A stretch of 37,719 nt of DNA. It comes from a virus (lineage: Duplodnaviria; Caudoviricetes). Of this stretch, positions 7,230-15,103 are shown one piece after another. Position 1 is the first letter of the stretch, and each line of letters starts with the position of its first letter. The notes below the pieces were generated by a model that searched no databases, was not told the origin of the DNA, and worked only from the letters and a program-made list of their open reading frames with translations. The translations under genes and the position numbers were made by a program. The stretch is from the IMG/VR virus record IMGVR_UViG_3300020043_003593, positions 1 to 37,719 of that record. One strand, given 5' to 3'.

Positions 7230-7501
7230 AAAATGAACCAGTAGCGTGGATGAATAGACACGATAACCATATAGTAACTTTTGATAGATTGTTGGTAAAA
7301 GAAGCTGAATACGCAGGGGTTGATAATTGGATTCCACTCTACACCCATCCAGCAAAGACACTAACAGATGAGGAAATACTGGGTGCTATTGCTAGAGGAT
7401 GGTGTAGCGAAAAAAACTCAAGCAAAACTATGGATTCTGATTTAGCTATGGCGATTGCCGATGAAATTAAAGCAATACTAAGAAAGGCACAAGAGAAATG
7501 A
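7226..7501 (+). CDS. hypothetical protein (LRKAQE cassette 1)
   Basis: EPVAW...PLYTHP...LTDEEI; ends AILRKAQEK. Confidence 0.8.
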   Translation: MKNEPVAWMNRHDNHIVTFDRLLVKEAEYAGVDNWIPLYTHPAKTLTDEEILGAIARGWCSEKNSSKTMDSDLAMAIADEIKAILRKAQEK

Positions 7502-7788
7502 ACGCAAATGAACTTATTGAATTGTTAGATAAAAATGCAGGCGATGGTGACACACCATTGAGGCAAGCGGTTACTTTGCTACGCCAGAAACAAGCTGAAA
7601 TTGAAGTGTTAAAAAAGCAAGTAGAGTTACACAAAAACGCACACCATGAAGCATTGAAATTTGCCGTAACACCATTAACCGATGACGAATGTGAAGCAAT
7701 TATCAATAAGCACGATTGGTTTTCAAAGTCTTGGCGTGAAATGGCAAAAGAAATACATGATGCAATACTAAGAAAGGCACAAGAATGA
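7498..7788 (+). CDS. hypothetical protein (cassette 2)
   Basis: ATGA-coupled; contains LTDDE; ends AILRKAQE. Confidence 0.8.
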   Translation: MNANELIELLDKNAGDGDTPLRQAVTLLRQKQAEIEVLKKQVELHKNAHHEALKFAVTPLTDDECEAIINKHDWFSKSWREMAKEIHDAILRKAQE

Positions 7789-7958
7789 ACATAGTTTCTA
7801 AATGCCGATGCGGAGCTTTGCTTGATGTAACTTCTAGTGACATCCCTGCAAGATTTTCATTTATAGAGTGGTTGAAATTACATGAAAAATGTCCACAAAA
7901 AATGTTTACTCCACATATTGCTTTTAAATATTTACTAAGAAAGGCACAAGAACAATGA
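7785..7958 (+). CDS. 57-aa hypothetical protein with CxC and HxxC (cassette 3)
   Basis: MNIVSKCRCG...LHEKC...YLLRKAQEQ; ATGA overlaps at both ends; not in the track. Confidence 0.75.
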   Translation: MNIVSKCRCGALLDVTSSDIPARFSFIEWLKLHEKCPQKMFTPHIAFKYLLRKAQEQ

Positions 7959-8143
7959 AAACAGAAATTGAATATGAACTTTATTGTGCAGATTCTTGGG
8001 TTGCTGGGTCAAACAATCTAGAAGAAATTTTGCGATACGCACAAGAATATAGAGAAGAAGGGAAAGTTGAAGTGAGAAAAGTCATAAAAAAATCTGAAAT
8101 GATATTTCTTGGTAGCAAGTTAAGAAAGGCAAATGAGAAATGA
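7955..8143 (+). CDS. hypothetical protein (cassette 4)
   Basis: ATGA-coupled; ends KLRKANEK. Confidence 0.75.
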   Translation: MKTEIEYELYCADSWVAGSNNLEEILRYAQEYREEGKVEVRKVIKKSEMIFLGSKLRKANEK

Positions 8144-8367
8144 ACAAACTGCTTTCATATAGATTAAAGCGATGGATGCTGATATTTGGTGCTGGATTGA
8201 TATTTGGCATCGTTATTGGCAGCTATGTTTCAGTTATTTCAGTTATTAATGATTGCCGAGTTATGGGAATGTTTCGTGTAGGAGATGCGCCATTCTCATG
8301 TACTTCACATCTGGTACGCATACCAGTCGATAAACCACAAACAGAAGATACGAAAAAGAAAAAATAA
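8140..8367 (+). CDS. small single-TM protein
   Basis: Hydrophobic N-terminal helix; two Cys in the C-terminal part. Confidence 0.7.
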   Translation: MNKLLSYRLKRWMLIFGAGLIFGIVIGSYVSVISVINDCRVMGMFRVGDAPFSCTSHLVRIPVDKPQTEDTKKKK

Positions 8368-9824
8368 TGGAAATTCAACTACGTGATTACCAGTCGGATG
8401 CGATAGAGTCCCTCCGACATGGAATCCGACAAGGGATTAAGAATCAAGTCCTAGCTGCACCAACAGGAGCAGGAAAAACAGTTCTAGCAGCCTATCTAGT
8501 CGATGAGTGCTATAAGAAAGGCAAGAGAGCTATCTTTATTGCTGATCGTATTGCATTGATTAACCAGACCAGCAAGATCTTTGACCAGTACGGAATACCT
8601 CATGGCGTAATGCAAGCACAACACTGGCGTTACAGACCATACGAGAATATTCAGATTGCTTCTGCTCAGACATTAGCTCGTAGAAAATTCCCAGAAACAG
8701 ACTTAATTATTGTGGATGAGTGCCATTCATTAATGAAGGTAGTGCTTAAACGAATTGAGCAACGCAATTGCGTGACTATTGGACTAAGTGCGACACCTTT
8801 CACAAAGGGATTAGGAAAATACTACGATGCTGTAAAAAGTGTAACTACAACAAATAAGCTGATTGCAAATGGATTTCTAGCTAACTTTGAAGTCTATGCT
8901 GCATCTGAGCCAGACATGAAAGGTGCAAAAGTCGTAGCTGGTGAATGGGTAGAAAGTGATGCAGCCGAACGAGCAATGCCAATCGTAGGTGATTGTGTCA
9001 GGGAATATCTCAAGCATGGCAATGGCAAAAAGTTTATTGCATTTGCCTGCAATGTGGCTCACTGTGAAGCGTTACGAGATCAGTTCTTATCTGCTGGAAT
9101 CAATGTAGATCTTTATACCTACAAGCAAGAAGATGAGTACAGAGATGAGTTGGTTACAGAGTTCCGTAAACCTAGCTCAATGGTGCGTGGATTGATCTCT
9201 GTGGCTGCATTGTCTAAGGGATTTGACGTACCAGATATTGAAGTCATCATTATGGCTAGACCATTGCGTTCAAGCCTATCTGAGCATATCCAGATCTTAG
9301 GTCGTGGATTACGTTCGCATCCAGATAAAACCCATTGCACGATCCTAGATCACTCAGGAAATATGAAGCGGTTTTGGGATGATATGCATACCTTTTTGGA
9401 GCATGGCGTAGATACTTTATGTGATGGAACTGTAAAGGAAAAGAAGGAAAAGAAAGATGAGAAGAAAGAGCCTAAGAAATGCCCTAATTGTCACCATTTG
9501 CATAACCCTGCCCCTGCTTGTCCGATGTGCGGATTCACCTATAAAATCAAGTCCGAAATACGCCATGAAGCTGGTGAACTTACAAAGCTAGGTAAGTTGC
9601 GTTCTAACACCTTATTTGAAGAACTAGCTTACTACGCCCTTGTTACTCGTAAGAAAGATCCTGTAGCAGCCCAGAAATGGATTCAGGCTATGCATAAAGG
9701 CATGACTGGTGTATGGACTAACAAGAAAATCACTGAAGCTACACCAGTAATTCCAACTATTGAAACTGTTAATAAGATCAAGCACCAGAATATTAAATGG
9801 GCTAAAGCTAGGAGAAACAAATGA
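8367..9824 (+). CDS. superfamily II helicase (YejH/RadD-like) with C-terminal zinc ribbon
   Basis: APTGAGKT, DECH, SAT, GFDVP, QILGRGLR, CPNC...CPMC. Confidence 0.93.
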   Translation: MEIQLRDYQSDAIESLRHGIRQGIKNQVLAAPTGAGKTVLAAYLVDECYKKGKRAIFIADRIALINQTSKIFDQYGIPHGVMQAQHWRYRPYENIQIASAQTLARRKFPETDLIIVDECHSLMKVVLKRIEQRNCVTIGLSATPFTKGLGKYYDAVKSVTTTNKLIANGFLANFEVYAASEPDMKGAKVVAGEWVESDAAERAMPIVGDCVREYLKHGNGKKFIAFACNVAHCEALRDQFLSAGINVDLYTYKQEDEYRDELVTEFRKPSSMVRGLISVAALSKGFDVPDIEVIIMARPLRSSLSEHIQILGRGLRSHPDKTHCTILDHSGNMKRFWDDMHTFLEHGVDTLCDGTVKEKKEKKDEKKEPKKCPNCHHLHNPAPACPMCGFTYKIKSEIRHEAGELTKLGKLRSNTLFEELAYYALVTRKKDPVAAQKWIQAMHKGMTGVWTNKKITEATPVIPTIETVNKIKHQNIKWAKARRNK

Positions 9825-10042
9825 TGAAATATTGCAACAGATGTAAGTCTATGCTGGCTATTGAAATGTTTACCTTACGCAACAAAGGTGGCAAGATGCG
9901 ATCCGCTTATTGCAAGCCATGTAAGAATGAAATCACTAGAGAATGGTGCAGAAAGAAAGCTGAAGATCTAAAGAAAGAAACTGCTCCACGATTTAAAGGT
10001 ATTGATTTGTTAGGCGAATACATTGCTAGGTGGTACGCATGA
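9821..10042 (+). CDS. small zinc-finger protein
   Basis: CNRC...CKPC; ATGA-coupled. Confidence 0.7.
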   Translation: MMKYCNRCKSMLAIEMFTLRNKGGKMRSAYCKPCKNEITREWCRKKAEDLKKETAPRFKGIDLLGEYIARWYA

Positions 10043-10296
10043 AAAAGGAACGCATACTTGACTGGCATCAGTTCTCCTATCTCAATGGTGTACGCAGGAA
10101 TAACAACATGGCTATTGAAACTTATAGCGATTACATCATTGGATTGCGCGAAATGGGCATCATTGCGCCTAATGGTCAGATAGAAAAGAAGATCATTAAG
10201 CTCATTGAGGAACAAACAAAACTAGGGGAACTACTTATGCAAATGGTAGATCAGGAACGCAAAAAAGACATATCTCTGTATCTTGAAGATCTGTAA
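10039..10296 (+). CDS. hypothetical protein
   Basis: ATG 10039 overlaps the upstream stop (track start 10030). Confidence 0.65.
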   Translation: MKKERILDWHQFSYLNGVRRNNNMAIETYSDYIIGLREMGIIAPNGQIEKKIIKLIEEQTKLGELLMQMVDQERKKDISLYLEDL

Positions 10297-10356
10297 TTTC
10301 ACGATATGAGAAAGTTATAAATAAATGTTTACATCATAATTTTGTTCATTTATTGT
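10296..10356 (+). promoter_or_regulatory. sigma70-type promoter with conserved upstream operator (copy 2)
   Basis: TTTACA-17-TATTGT; repeat of 5460-5497. Confidence 0.65.
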
Positions 10357-10390
10357 TCAATCTCAGTAACACAACAACGAAAGGTAACAA

Positions 10391-11077
10391 ATGTCAGTAT
10401 ATAAAGCAATCAACAAGGTTCAAGATGATTTATCAAAAGAAGGAATAAGTAAAAGCAGAAGAAATACTCAAGGTGCTGGATATAACTTTAGAGGAATTGA
10501 TGAAGTATTTAATGCAATTTCACCATTATTAGCTAAACATGGTCTTTGCATTTTGCCAAGAGTATTAAGTCGTGAGTGCGTAGAAAGGCAATCAAAAGCT
10601 GGTGGAGCATTATTTTATGTAACATTGGATGTTGAATTTGATTTTGTTGCAACAGAAGATGGCTCTAAACATACAGTAAAAACATTTGGTGAGGCTATGG
10701 ATTCTGGCGATAAAGCTACCAATAAAGCTATGTCAGCAGCTTATAAGTATGCTTGTTTGCAAACTTTTGCTATTCCTACAGAAGGAGATAATGACCCTGA
10801 TTCTCATAGTTATGAAGTTAAAGCTATGCCTTCAGCCAAGCCAGTGGATAAACCCATTGTAAAACCAAAAGTTGAAGAAAAGAAGCCAGAACTTGAGATT
10901 GATGAAGGTATGCCAATCCTAGAATTTGCAGAAGGAGCATTTGCATCTTCCCAGACCATGAGCGAACTCAAGCAATGGTTTAGCCAGCTATATACACATA
11001 CCAAGAAGCTCCCTGAAGAACAAGTAGTTATCACTAACTTGTACAACTCTCGTAAAGCTGAACTGGAGAAGAAATAA
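10391..11077 (+). CDS. erf: ERF-family single-strand annealing protein
   Basis: YNFRGIDEV...PLLAKHGL...GEAMDSGDKATNKAMSAAYKY...FAIPTEGDND. Confidence 0.88.
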   Translation: MSVYKAINKVQDDLSKEGISKSRRNTQGAGYNFRGIDEVFNAISPLLAKHGLCILPRVLSRECVERQSKAGGALFYVTLDVEFDFVATEDGSKHTVKTFGEAMDSGDKATNKAMSAAYKYACLQTFAIPTEGDNDPDSHSYEVKAMPSAKPVDKPIVKPKVEEKKPELEIDEGMPILEFAEGAFASSQTMSELKQWFSQLYTHTKKLPEEQVVITNLYNSRKAELEKK

Positions 11078-11277
11078 TGAAAGCGTTTCCAATAGATTAC
11101 AACACAGCTTCTATAGATAAATGGCAAGGCATGGATTTGCGTGATTATTTTGCGGCTAAAGCTATGCAAGGATTTATTACCGCTTGGATGATGAAGGATG
11201 TGTACCCAAAATTTAATAATGAAACCGCTAAATTTGCTTATGAATTGGCTGATGCAATGATGGAGGCTCGTAAATGA
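11077..11277 (+). CDS. conserved phage protein of unknown function
   Basis: AFP...GMDLRDYFAAKAMQ...AYELADAMM signature. Confidence 0.8.
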   Translation: MKAFPIDYNTASIDKWQGMDLRDYFAAKAMQGFITAWMMKDVYPKFNNETAKFAYELADAMMEARK

Positions 11278-11990
11278 ATATCTATCTAGACCTAGAAACT
11301 ATCCCTGCTCAGTCTGATCGCATTAAACAAGTGTTTAAGACTAATGCAGAGAAGGAGAAACAGTTTATTAAAGCTCCTGCTAACTATAAAGATGAGGAAA
11401 AGATCATTGATTACATCGCTAACAAGTCGGCTGAGATTGATGCTGACTTGGATAACCAGTGGCGTAAGACTTCATTTGATGGTGGGTTTGGTCACATTTG
11501 TGTTATTGGCTACGCTTTGGATGATGGAGAACCAGTAACTATTTATAACGGCAATGGATTAGGTGAAGATGATGAAGCAAAAACTATCAGTCAGTTTTAC
11601 GATGTTATCAGAGATGCTTATGGGAACAATGAGCGTTTGCCTATGTTTATTGGTCATAACATCATTGGGTTTGATCTTAGATTCTTATTACAAAGATCAA
11701 TTGTCCTCGGAATTGTACCCCCTAGTTTCATTCCAGTTGATCCAAAGCCTTGGTCAGACTATGTTTATGACACCATGACTAAATGGGCTGGTGCTTCTAA
11801 TCGTGTATCACTTAACAAGCTATGTGAAGTATTTGATATGCCATTAAAAGGTGCTGAGTTTGATGAGGAATTTGATGGCTCAATGGTATGGGATGCTATC
11901 AAGAATGGTGAGATTGAAAAGGTAGCTACCTATTGTGCTGGTGATATTTATCGCACTAGAGAAATCTTTAAAAGGATGACTTTTGCATAA
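11274..11990 (+). CDS. 3'-5' exonuclease (PolB/DnaQ-like DEDDy)
   Basis: DLET, GHNIIGFDLRFL, YCAGD. Confidence 0.87.
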   Translation: MNIYLDLETIPAQSDRIKQVFKTNAEKEKQFIKAPANYKDEEKIIDYIANKSAEIDADLDNQWRKTSFDGGFGHICVIGYALDDGEPVTIYNGNGLGEDDEAKTISQFYDVIRDAYGNNERLPMFIGHNIIGFDLRFLLQRSIVLGIVPPSFIPVDPKPWSDYVYDTMTKWAGASNRVSLNKLCEVFDMPLKGAEFDEEFDGSMVWDAIKNGEIEKVATYCAGDIYRTREIFKRMTFA

Positions 11991-12225
11991 AAGACATACC
12001 TCTTTACAGCGAAAGCGAATGTGGGCATTACTTAGTATGGTATCTGATAAGGCAAGATTTAAAGGGTATCAGCTAAGTAAGGATGAATGGAAAGATGTAT
12101 TTTGCACTCATCTGTATGGCAAGCGTGGAATGTCCACAAGAGAGTTTGATGTAGCAACAATGGCAGATTTTCAGCAGTATATTGAAGCGTTTTGTATTGA
12201 CAATAATATTAACCTAAAGGAATAA
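11983..12225 (+). CDS. short NinB-like recombination protein
   Basis: TSLQRKRMWALL...SKDEWKDVF...GMSTR...YIEAF. Confidence 0.65.
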   Translation: MHKRHTSLQRKRMWALLSMVSDKARFKGYQLSKDEWKDVFCTHLYGKRGMSTREFDVATMADFQQYIEAFCIDNNINLKE

Positions 12226-12227
12226 AG

Positions 12228-12401
12228 ATGGAAGATTACTCAGAATTGATGTTGGAATGTAATGCAGTTCTCAAAGACATTCACAAGGCAGCATTAAGCC
12301 GTAAATTTGAATTGGCTCGTCAGCTTACCGAAAGCCTTAACTTTTTAACCCAAGAACTATCACTTACTTTTGGAAAGCTATACGTAAATGACAAGCATTA
12401 A
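12228..12401 (+). CDS. 57-aa hypothetical protein
   Basis: MEDYSELMLECN..., AAGGAA RBS; not in the track. Confidence 0.65.
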   Translation: MEDYSELMLECNAVLKDIHKAALSRKFELARQLTESLNFLTQELSLTFGKLYVNDKH

Positions 12402-12615
12402 ATGGACTATGGATCAAACTATGCGACCTAATACTGGACTTAATTTCTACGAAGCTATGATTGTGCATTTTGGTGGCATGGGTAATGCTGCCAAGGCAAT
12501 AGGATGCACATATCAAGCCATCAATAACTGGAAAGCTAGGGGTGGAGTTCCACTTGCAGCAGTCGAGAAAATTGAAAAGATTACAGAAGGCAAAGTACAT
12601 CGAGGAATGATATGA
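12388..12615 (+). CDS. Cro/YdaS-like HTH regulator
   Basis: HFGGMGNAAKAIGCTYQAINNW...VP...IEKITEGKV. Confidence 0.8.
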   Translation: MTSIKWTMDQTMRPNTGLNFYEAMIVHFGGMGNAAKAIGCTYQAINNWKARGGVPLAAVEKIEKITEGKVHRGMI

Positions 12616-12722
12616 AATATGTACGTTTATATTTCCATCACAGAGTATGGCTTAACAGATATGTTAGCTTTCGATTAACCATAGATAAAGCGGTATATGA
12701 CTGGAAACACAGAAATGAGTAA
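12612..12722 (+). CDS. 36-aa hypothetical peptide
   Basis: ATGA-coupled with GAGGA RBS; fills the gap between genes. Confidence 0.45.
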   Translation: MKYVRLYFHHRVWLNRYVSFRLTIDKAVYDWKHRNE

Positions 12723-12921
12723 AACAATATTAGGAATATTACACAATGCACAAACTGTTCCATTAGGAAGCCCAATATGGGAAACAGAAGCAGAATATAA
12801 AAAATATGTAAAGATTATTAAGGCAACTATTAACGAATGTGCAGATAGAGCAGAATCTTATGGATATATGAGTCCAAACTTTATAGCATTAGCTGAAGAA
12901 TTAAGGAACATAAATGAATAA
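12715..12921 (+). CDS. hypothetical protein
   Basis: Track ORF starts at 12697; the in-frame ATG at 12715 is the likelier start. Confidence 0.65.
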   Translation: MSKTILGILHNAQTVPLGSPIWETEAEYKKYVKIIKATINECADRAESYGYMSPNFIALAEELRNINE

Positions 12922-13132
12922 AGATCGCATGAATGGGATTATGGATGTCATCAGACATTCCCCATCCAGCATAAGAGAAGTGGCAACTTTTACCAATATC
13001 CCTGCTCCAGTAGTTGAGGAGTATGTTAATAAACTACTTGCTGAAGGTAGAGTAAATGTATCTCATGTACGGAAGTTAAAGATGAGTACAGTTACCTACT
13101 ACCAGCTTACTGATAGGATTCATAAATACTAA
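12914..13132 (+). CDS. winged-HTH-like protein
   Basis: SIREVA...VEEYVNKLLAEGRV...YYQLT pattern. Confidence 0.6.
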   Translation: MNKDRMNGIMDVIRHSPSSIREVATFTNIPAPVVEEYVNKLLAEGRVNVSHVRKLKMSTVTYYQLTDRIHKY

Positions 13133-13308
13133 TGACTAAGTTTGATAGCTATGTATTGCACATAGAACAAAATACACTGGATAAGCTAAATGAAGCCAGA
13201 GATCTCACCATTGATGTAAGGGGAAGAACTCTGGACTTTAATACCTTAGTGAATAAGGCTTTAGGAAGGTATATTACTGCCCTCAAATATGAAGGCAGTA
13301 GGCGTTAA
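13132..13308 (+). CDS. 58-aa hypothetical protein
   Basis: TAATG-coupled, MTKFDSYVLHIEQ...; converges on the endolysin gene. Confidence 0.55.
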   Translation: MTKFDSYVLHIEQNTLDKLNEARDLTIDVRGRTLDFNTLVNKALGRYITALKYEGSRR

Positions 13309-13739
13309 GCGTATGGGCGTGTGCCAGCTTTATCAATAATAAGCATCTGGTTACGTGGTGAATCAGATGCTTTGTTTGGTACGCTGATATGTGTCCAGCT
13401 ATCAAATTCGCGAATCAATTGATCGAATTGAATATCTGAAGCCTTAATTGCTTCACATACTTGGCTAGGAGTCATTCCAGTTACACGAATGTCAGCAGCA
13501 CATCCAATACGATGCTGGCTAGTATCCTTAGATCCTACTGAGTCATTAACTTGCTTACAGCGATATCCAGAGTTAATGCTGATAGGCTTACCAAGGACTT
13601 TACGCACTTGCTCAAGCAATTCAGCCAAGCGAGTTAGATTATTGATCTCATTTGCATCTGGATTATTAAGCCATCCATTACGGACTGCTGCATCAGAGTG
13701 CGTTAATTCTTCAAGTGAAAAGTGTTCAGATAAGTTCAT
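13305..13739 (-). CDS. endolysin, peptidase M15A family
   Basis: LSEHFSLEEL, INSGYRC, SQH..GCAADI, WTHIS. Confidence 0.9.
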   Translation of the reverse strand: MNLSEHFSLEELTHSDAAVRNGWLNNPDANEINNLTRLAELLEQVRKVLGKPISINSGYRCKQVNDSVGSKDTSQHRIGCAADIRVTGMTPSQVCEAIKASDIQFDQLIREFDSWTHISVPNKASDSPRNQMLIIDKAGTRPYA

Positions 13740-13965
13740 TTTGTTCTTCCTTTTGTTGTGATTCTGCTGCGCCCATCTTAATGCCAGTAATTAGACCAAT
13801 AAAGCCACCAACTACTGTCTGAAACGCTGGTGAAATGATGGCAAAGATCTGATCGTCTGGTACGTTAGGATCAAAGATTGCCATAATTAAAGCACCAACT
13901 ACGCCAATAATTACTAAGCAAAGCGTAATAGTTACGCTCATTACGATTCGTTCATTACTTGTCAT
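13726..13965 (-). CDS. 2-TM membrane protein (holin/antiholin candidate)
   Basis: Two hydrophobic helices; adjacent to the endolysin. Confidence 0.6.
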   Translation of the reverse strand: MTSNERIVMSVTITLCLVIIGVVGALIMAIFDPNVPDDQIFAIISPAFQTVVGGFIGLITGIKMGAAESQQKEEQNELI

Positions 13966-14369
13966 TTTTCTTCTGCCTTATATTTCATTTGTGCTACCTT
14001 TTCCAAGCTCCTAGATCCAAAATACGCCCCGAATACGAGCATACCCCAGTTTCCGAGCAAAGTTACGTATGCTTCATTTGCTTCATATCCAAATGCAGAC
14101 ATCATCGCAAATAAGAAATACCCTGTAAAGATGGCTATAAGGCTCATAGGGCGAATATTCTTAGATAGCCAAGAGTCAGATGCCAGATCTGCTTTCCAAC
14201 GCTCAGAAACATTGTTCTGCTCGTTCATATCGGCTTCTAGTTCCATTCTTTTGGCTTCATTAGCCATTGACATGATTTGAGCTTCAGCTTCAGCCTTGGC
14301 TTTAGGATCAGGAATTACCTTGTCGATAATCTTCATTCCTACTGATACGATGTCATCAATTCCAAACAT
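13962..14369 (-). CDS. holin, GTA 3TM-like family
   Basis: IIDKVIPD, RWKAD..SDSWLSKNIRP, YFGSRSLEK; ATG 14369 preferred over the track start. Confidence 0.75.
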   Translation of the reverse strand: MFGIDDIVSVGMKIIDKVIPDPKAKAEAEAQIMSMANEAKRMELEADMNEQNNVSERWKADLASDSWLSKNIRPMSLIAIFTGYFLFAMMSAFGYEANEAYVTLLGNWGMLVFGAYFGSRSLEKVAQMKYKAEEK

Positions 14370-14374
14370 AATTT

Positions 14375-14815
14375 TCACCCCCAAACAATAAAATATGCCA
14401 CTACTGCTGCTGCTAGAAAGCAATAAATATGCACTCGTCTAACAGCATCTAAATCTTTATCAAATGCTTCCTTATACGCTCGTTCTGATTTCTCAAGTTT
14501 GGCTTTCAATGCTTCAATTTCAGACCATTTGTTGCCATTACGTCTAATAAAGTCAGCCTTTAATCTTGCTTCTTCCCTGCGTATATCTTCTTGCTTCTGC
14601 CACTCTGCTAATACTTTCTTGAGAAATAGCTCTTTTTTAAGCTCGTTTTCTCTGTCAATCCTTCTACGCTCTTTAGCCTTTTCTTGGGCTACAGATACAC
14701 CATCTTTTTGGATATTTTCAACACTTTTTGTAAGCGACTTTGCGCTCTCTCGACTTGCATCAAGACTTCCTGTAAGAGTCTTAACCCCTTCTGAAAACCC
14801 AAATTGATCTGGCAT
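14375..14815 (-). CDS. coiled-coil protein with C-terminal TM anchor
   Basis: Charged helical body with a hydrophobic C-terminus. Confidence 0.75.
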   Translation of the reverse strand: MPDQFGFSEGVKTLTGSLDASRESAKSLTKSVENIQKDGVSVAQEKAKERRRIDRENELKKELFLKKVLAEWQKQEDIRREEARLKADFIRRNGNKWSEIEALKAKLEKSERAYKEAFDKDLDAVRRVHIYCFLAAAVVAYFIVWG

Positions 14816-14824
14816 AAACCATGC

Positions 14825-15103
14825 TTACTTATTGACCATCAAAATGACAATGGTGCGCTCGTCAATACGTGCAGGATTATTATCAGTAGTAATACGATTA
14901 ACAATTTCATAGCTTTTCCCCAAAGTGCCACCAGATAGCCAAATAATGCCCTTGGTATCAGTAAAACTGGTAGTTACTTGGGTAATTCCGTCAGGAACAG
15001 TCCATGTAGAAGCTGAGATGGCTTCACCAGTTTCAAGAAACTCAGTCCAATCTACGGAATAGTCCAATGTGGCTGCTGGATCTTTTTGAAATGTTGTTGT
15101 CAT
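14825..15103 (-). CDS. small virion/fibre adaptor-like protein
   Basis: KDPAATLDYSVDW...IWLSGG...NRITT...ERT motif seen in phage structural modules. Confidence 0.65.
   Translation of the reverse strand: MTTTFQKDPAATLDYSVDWTEFLETGEAISASTWTVPDGITQVTTSFTDTKGIIWLSGGTLGKSYEIVNRITTDNNPARIDERTIVILMVNK

Larger units (their letters stand above)
7472..8143 (+). repeat. four dispersed copies of TAAGAAAGGCA(CAAGA) at gene junctions
   Basis: 7472-7494 and 7762-7784 identical over 23 nt; 7933-7951 matches 19 nt; 8121-8131 matches 11 nt. Confidence 0.9.

Noticed and set aside
7472-8143. Junction repeats as a CRISPR array
   Set aside because: The spacers are whole genes of 170-290 bp, the repeats are coding, and there are no cas genes
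13275-13300. TACTGCC..GGCAGTA hairpin at the convergence of the two gene arms
   Set aside because: Possible terminator, but it has no U-tract and lies within a coding frame; not called
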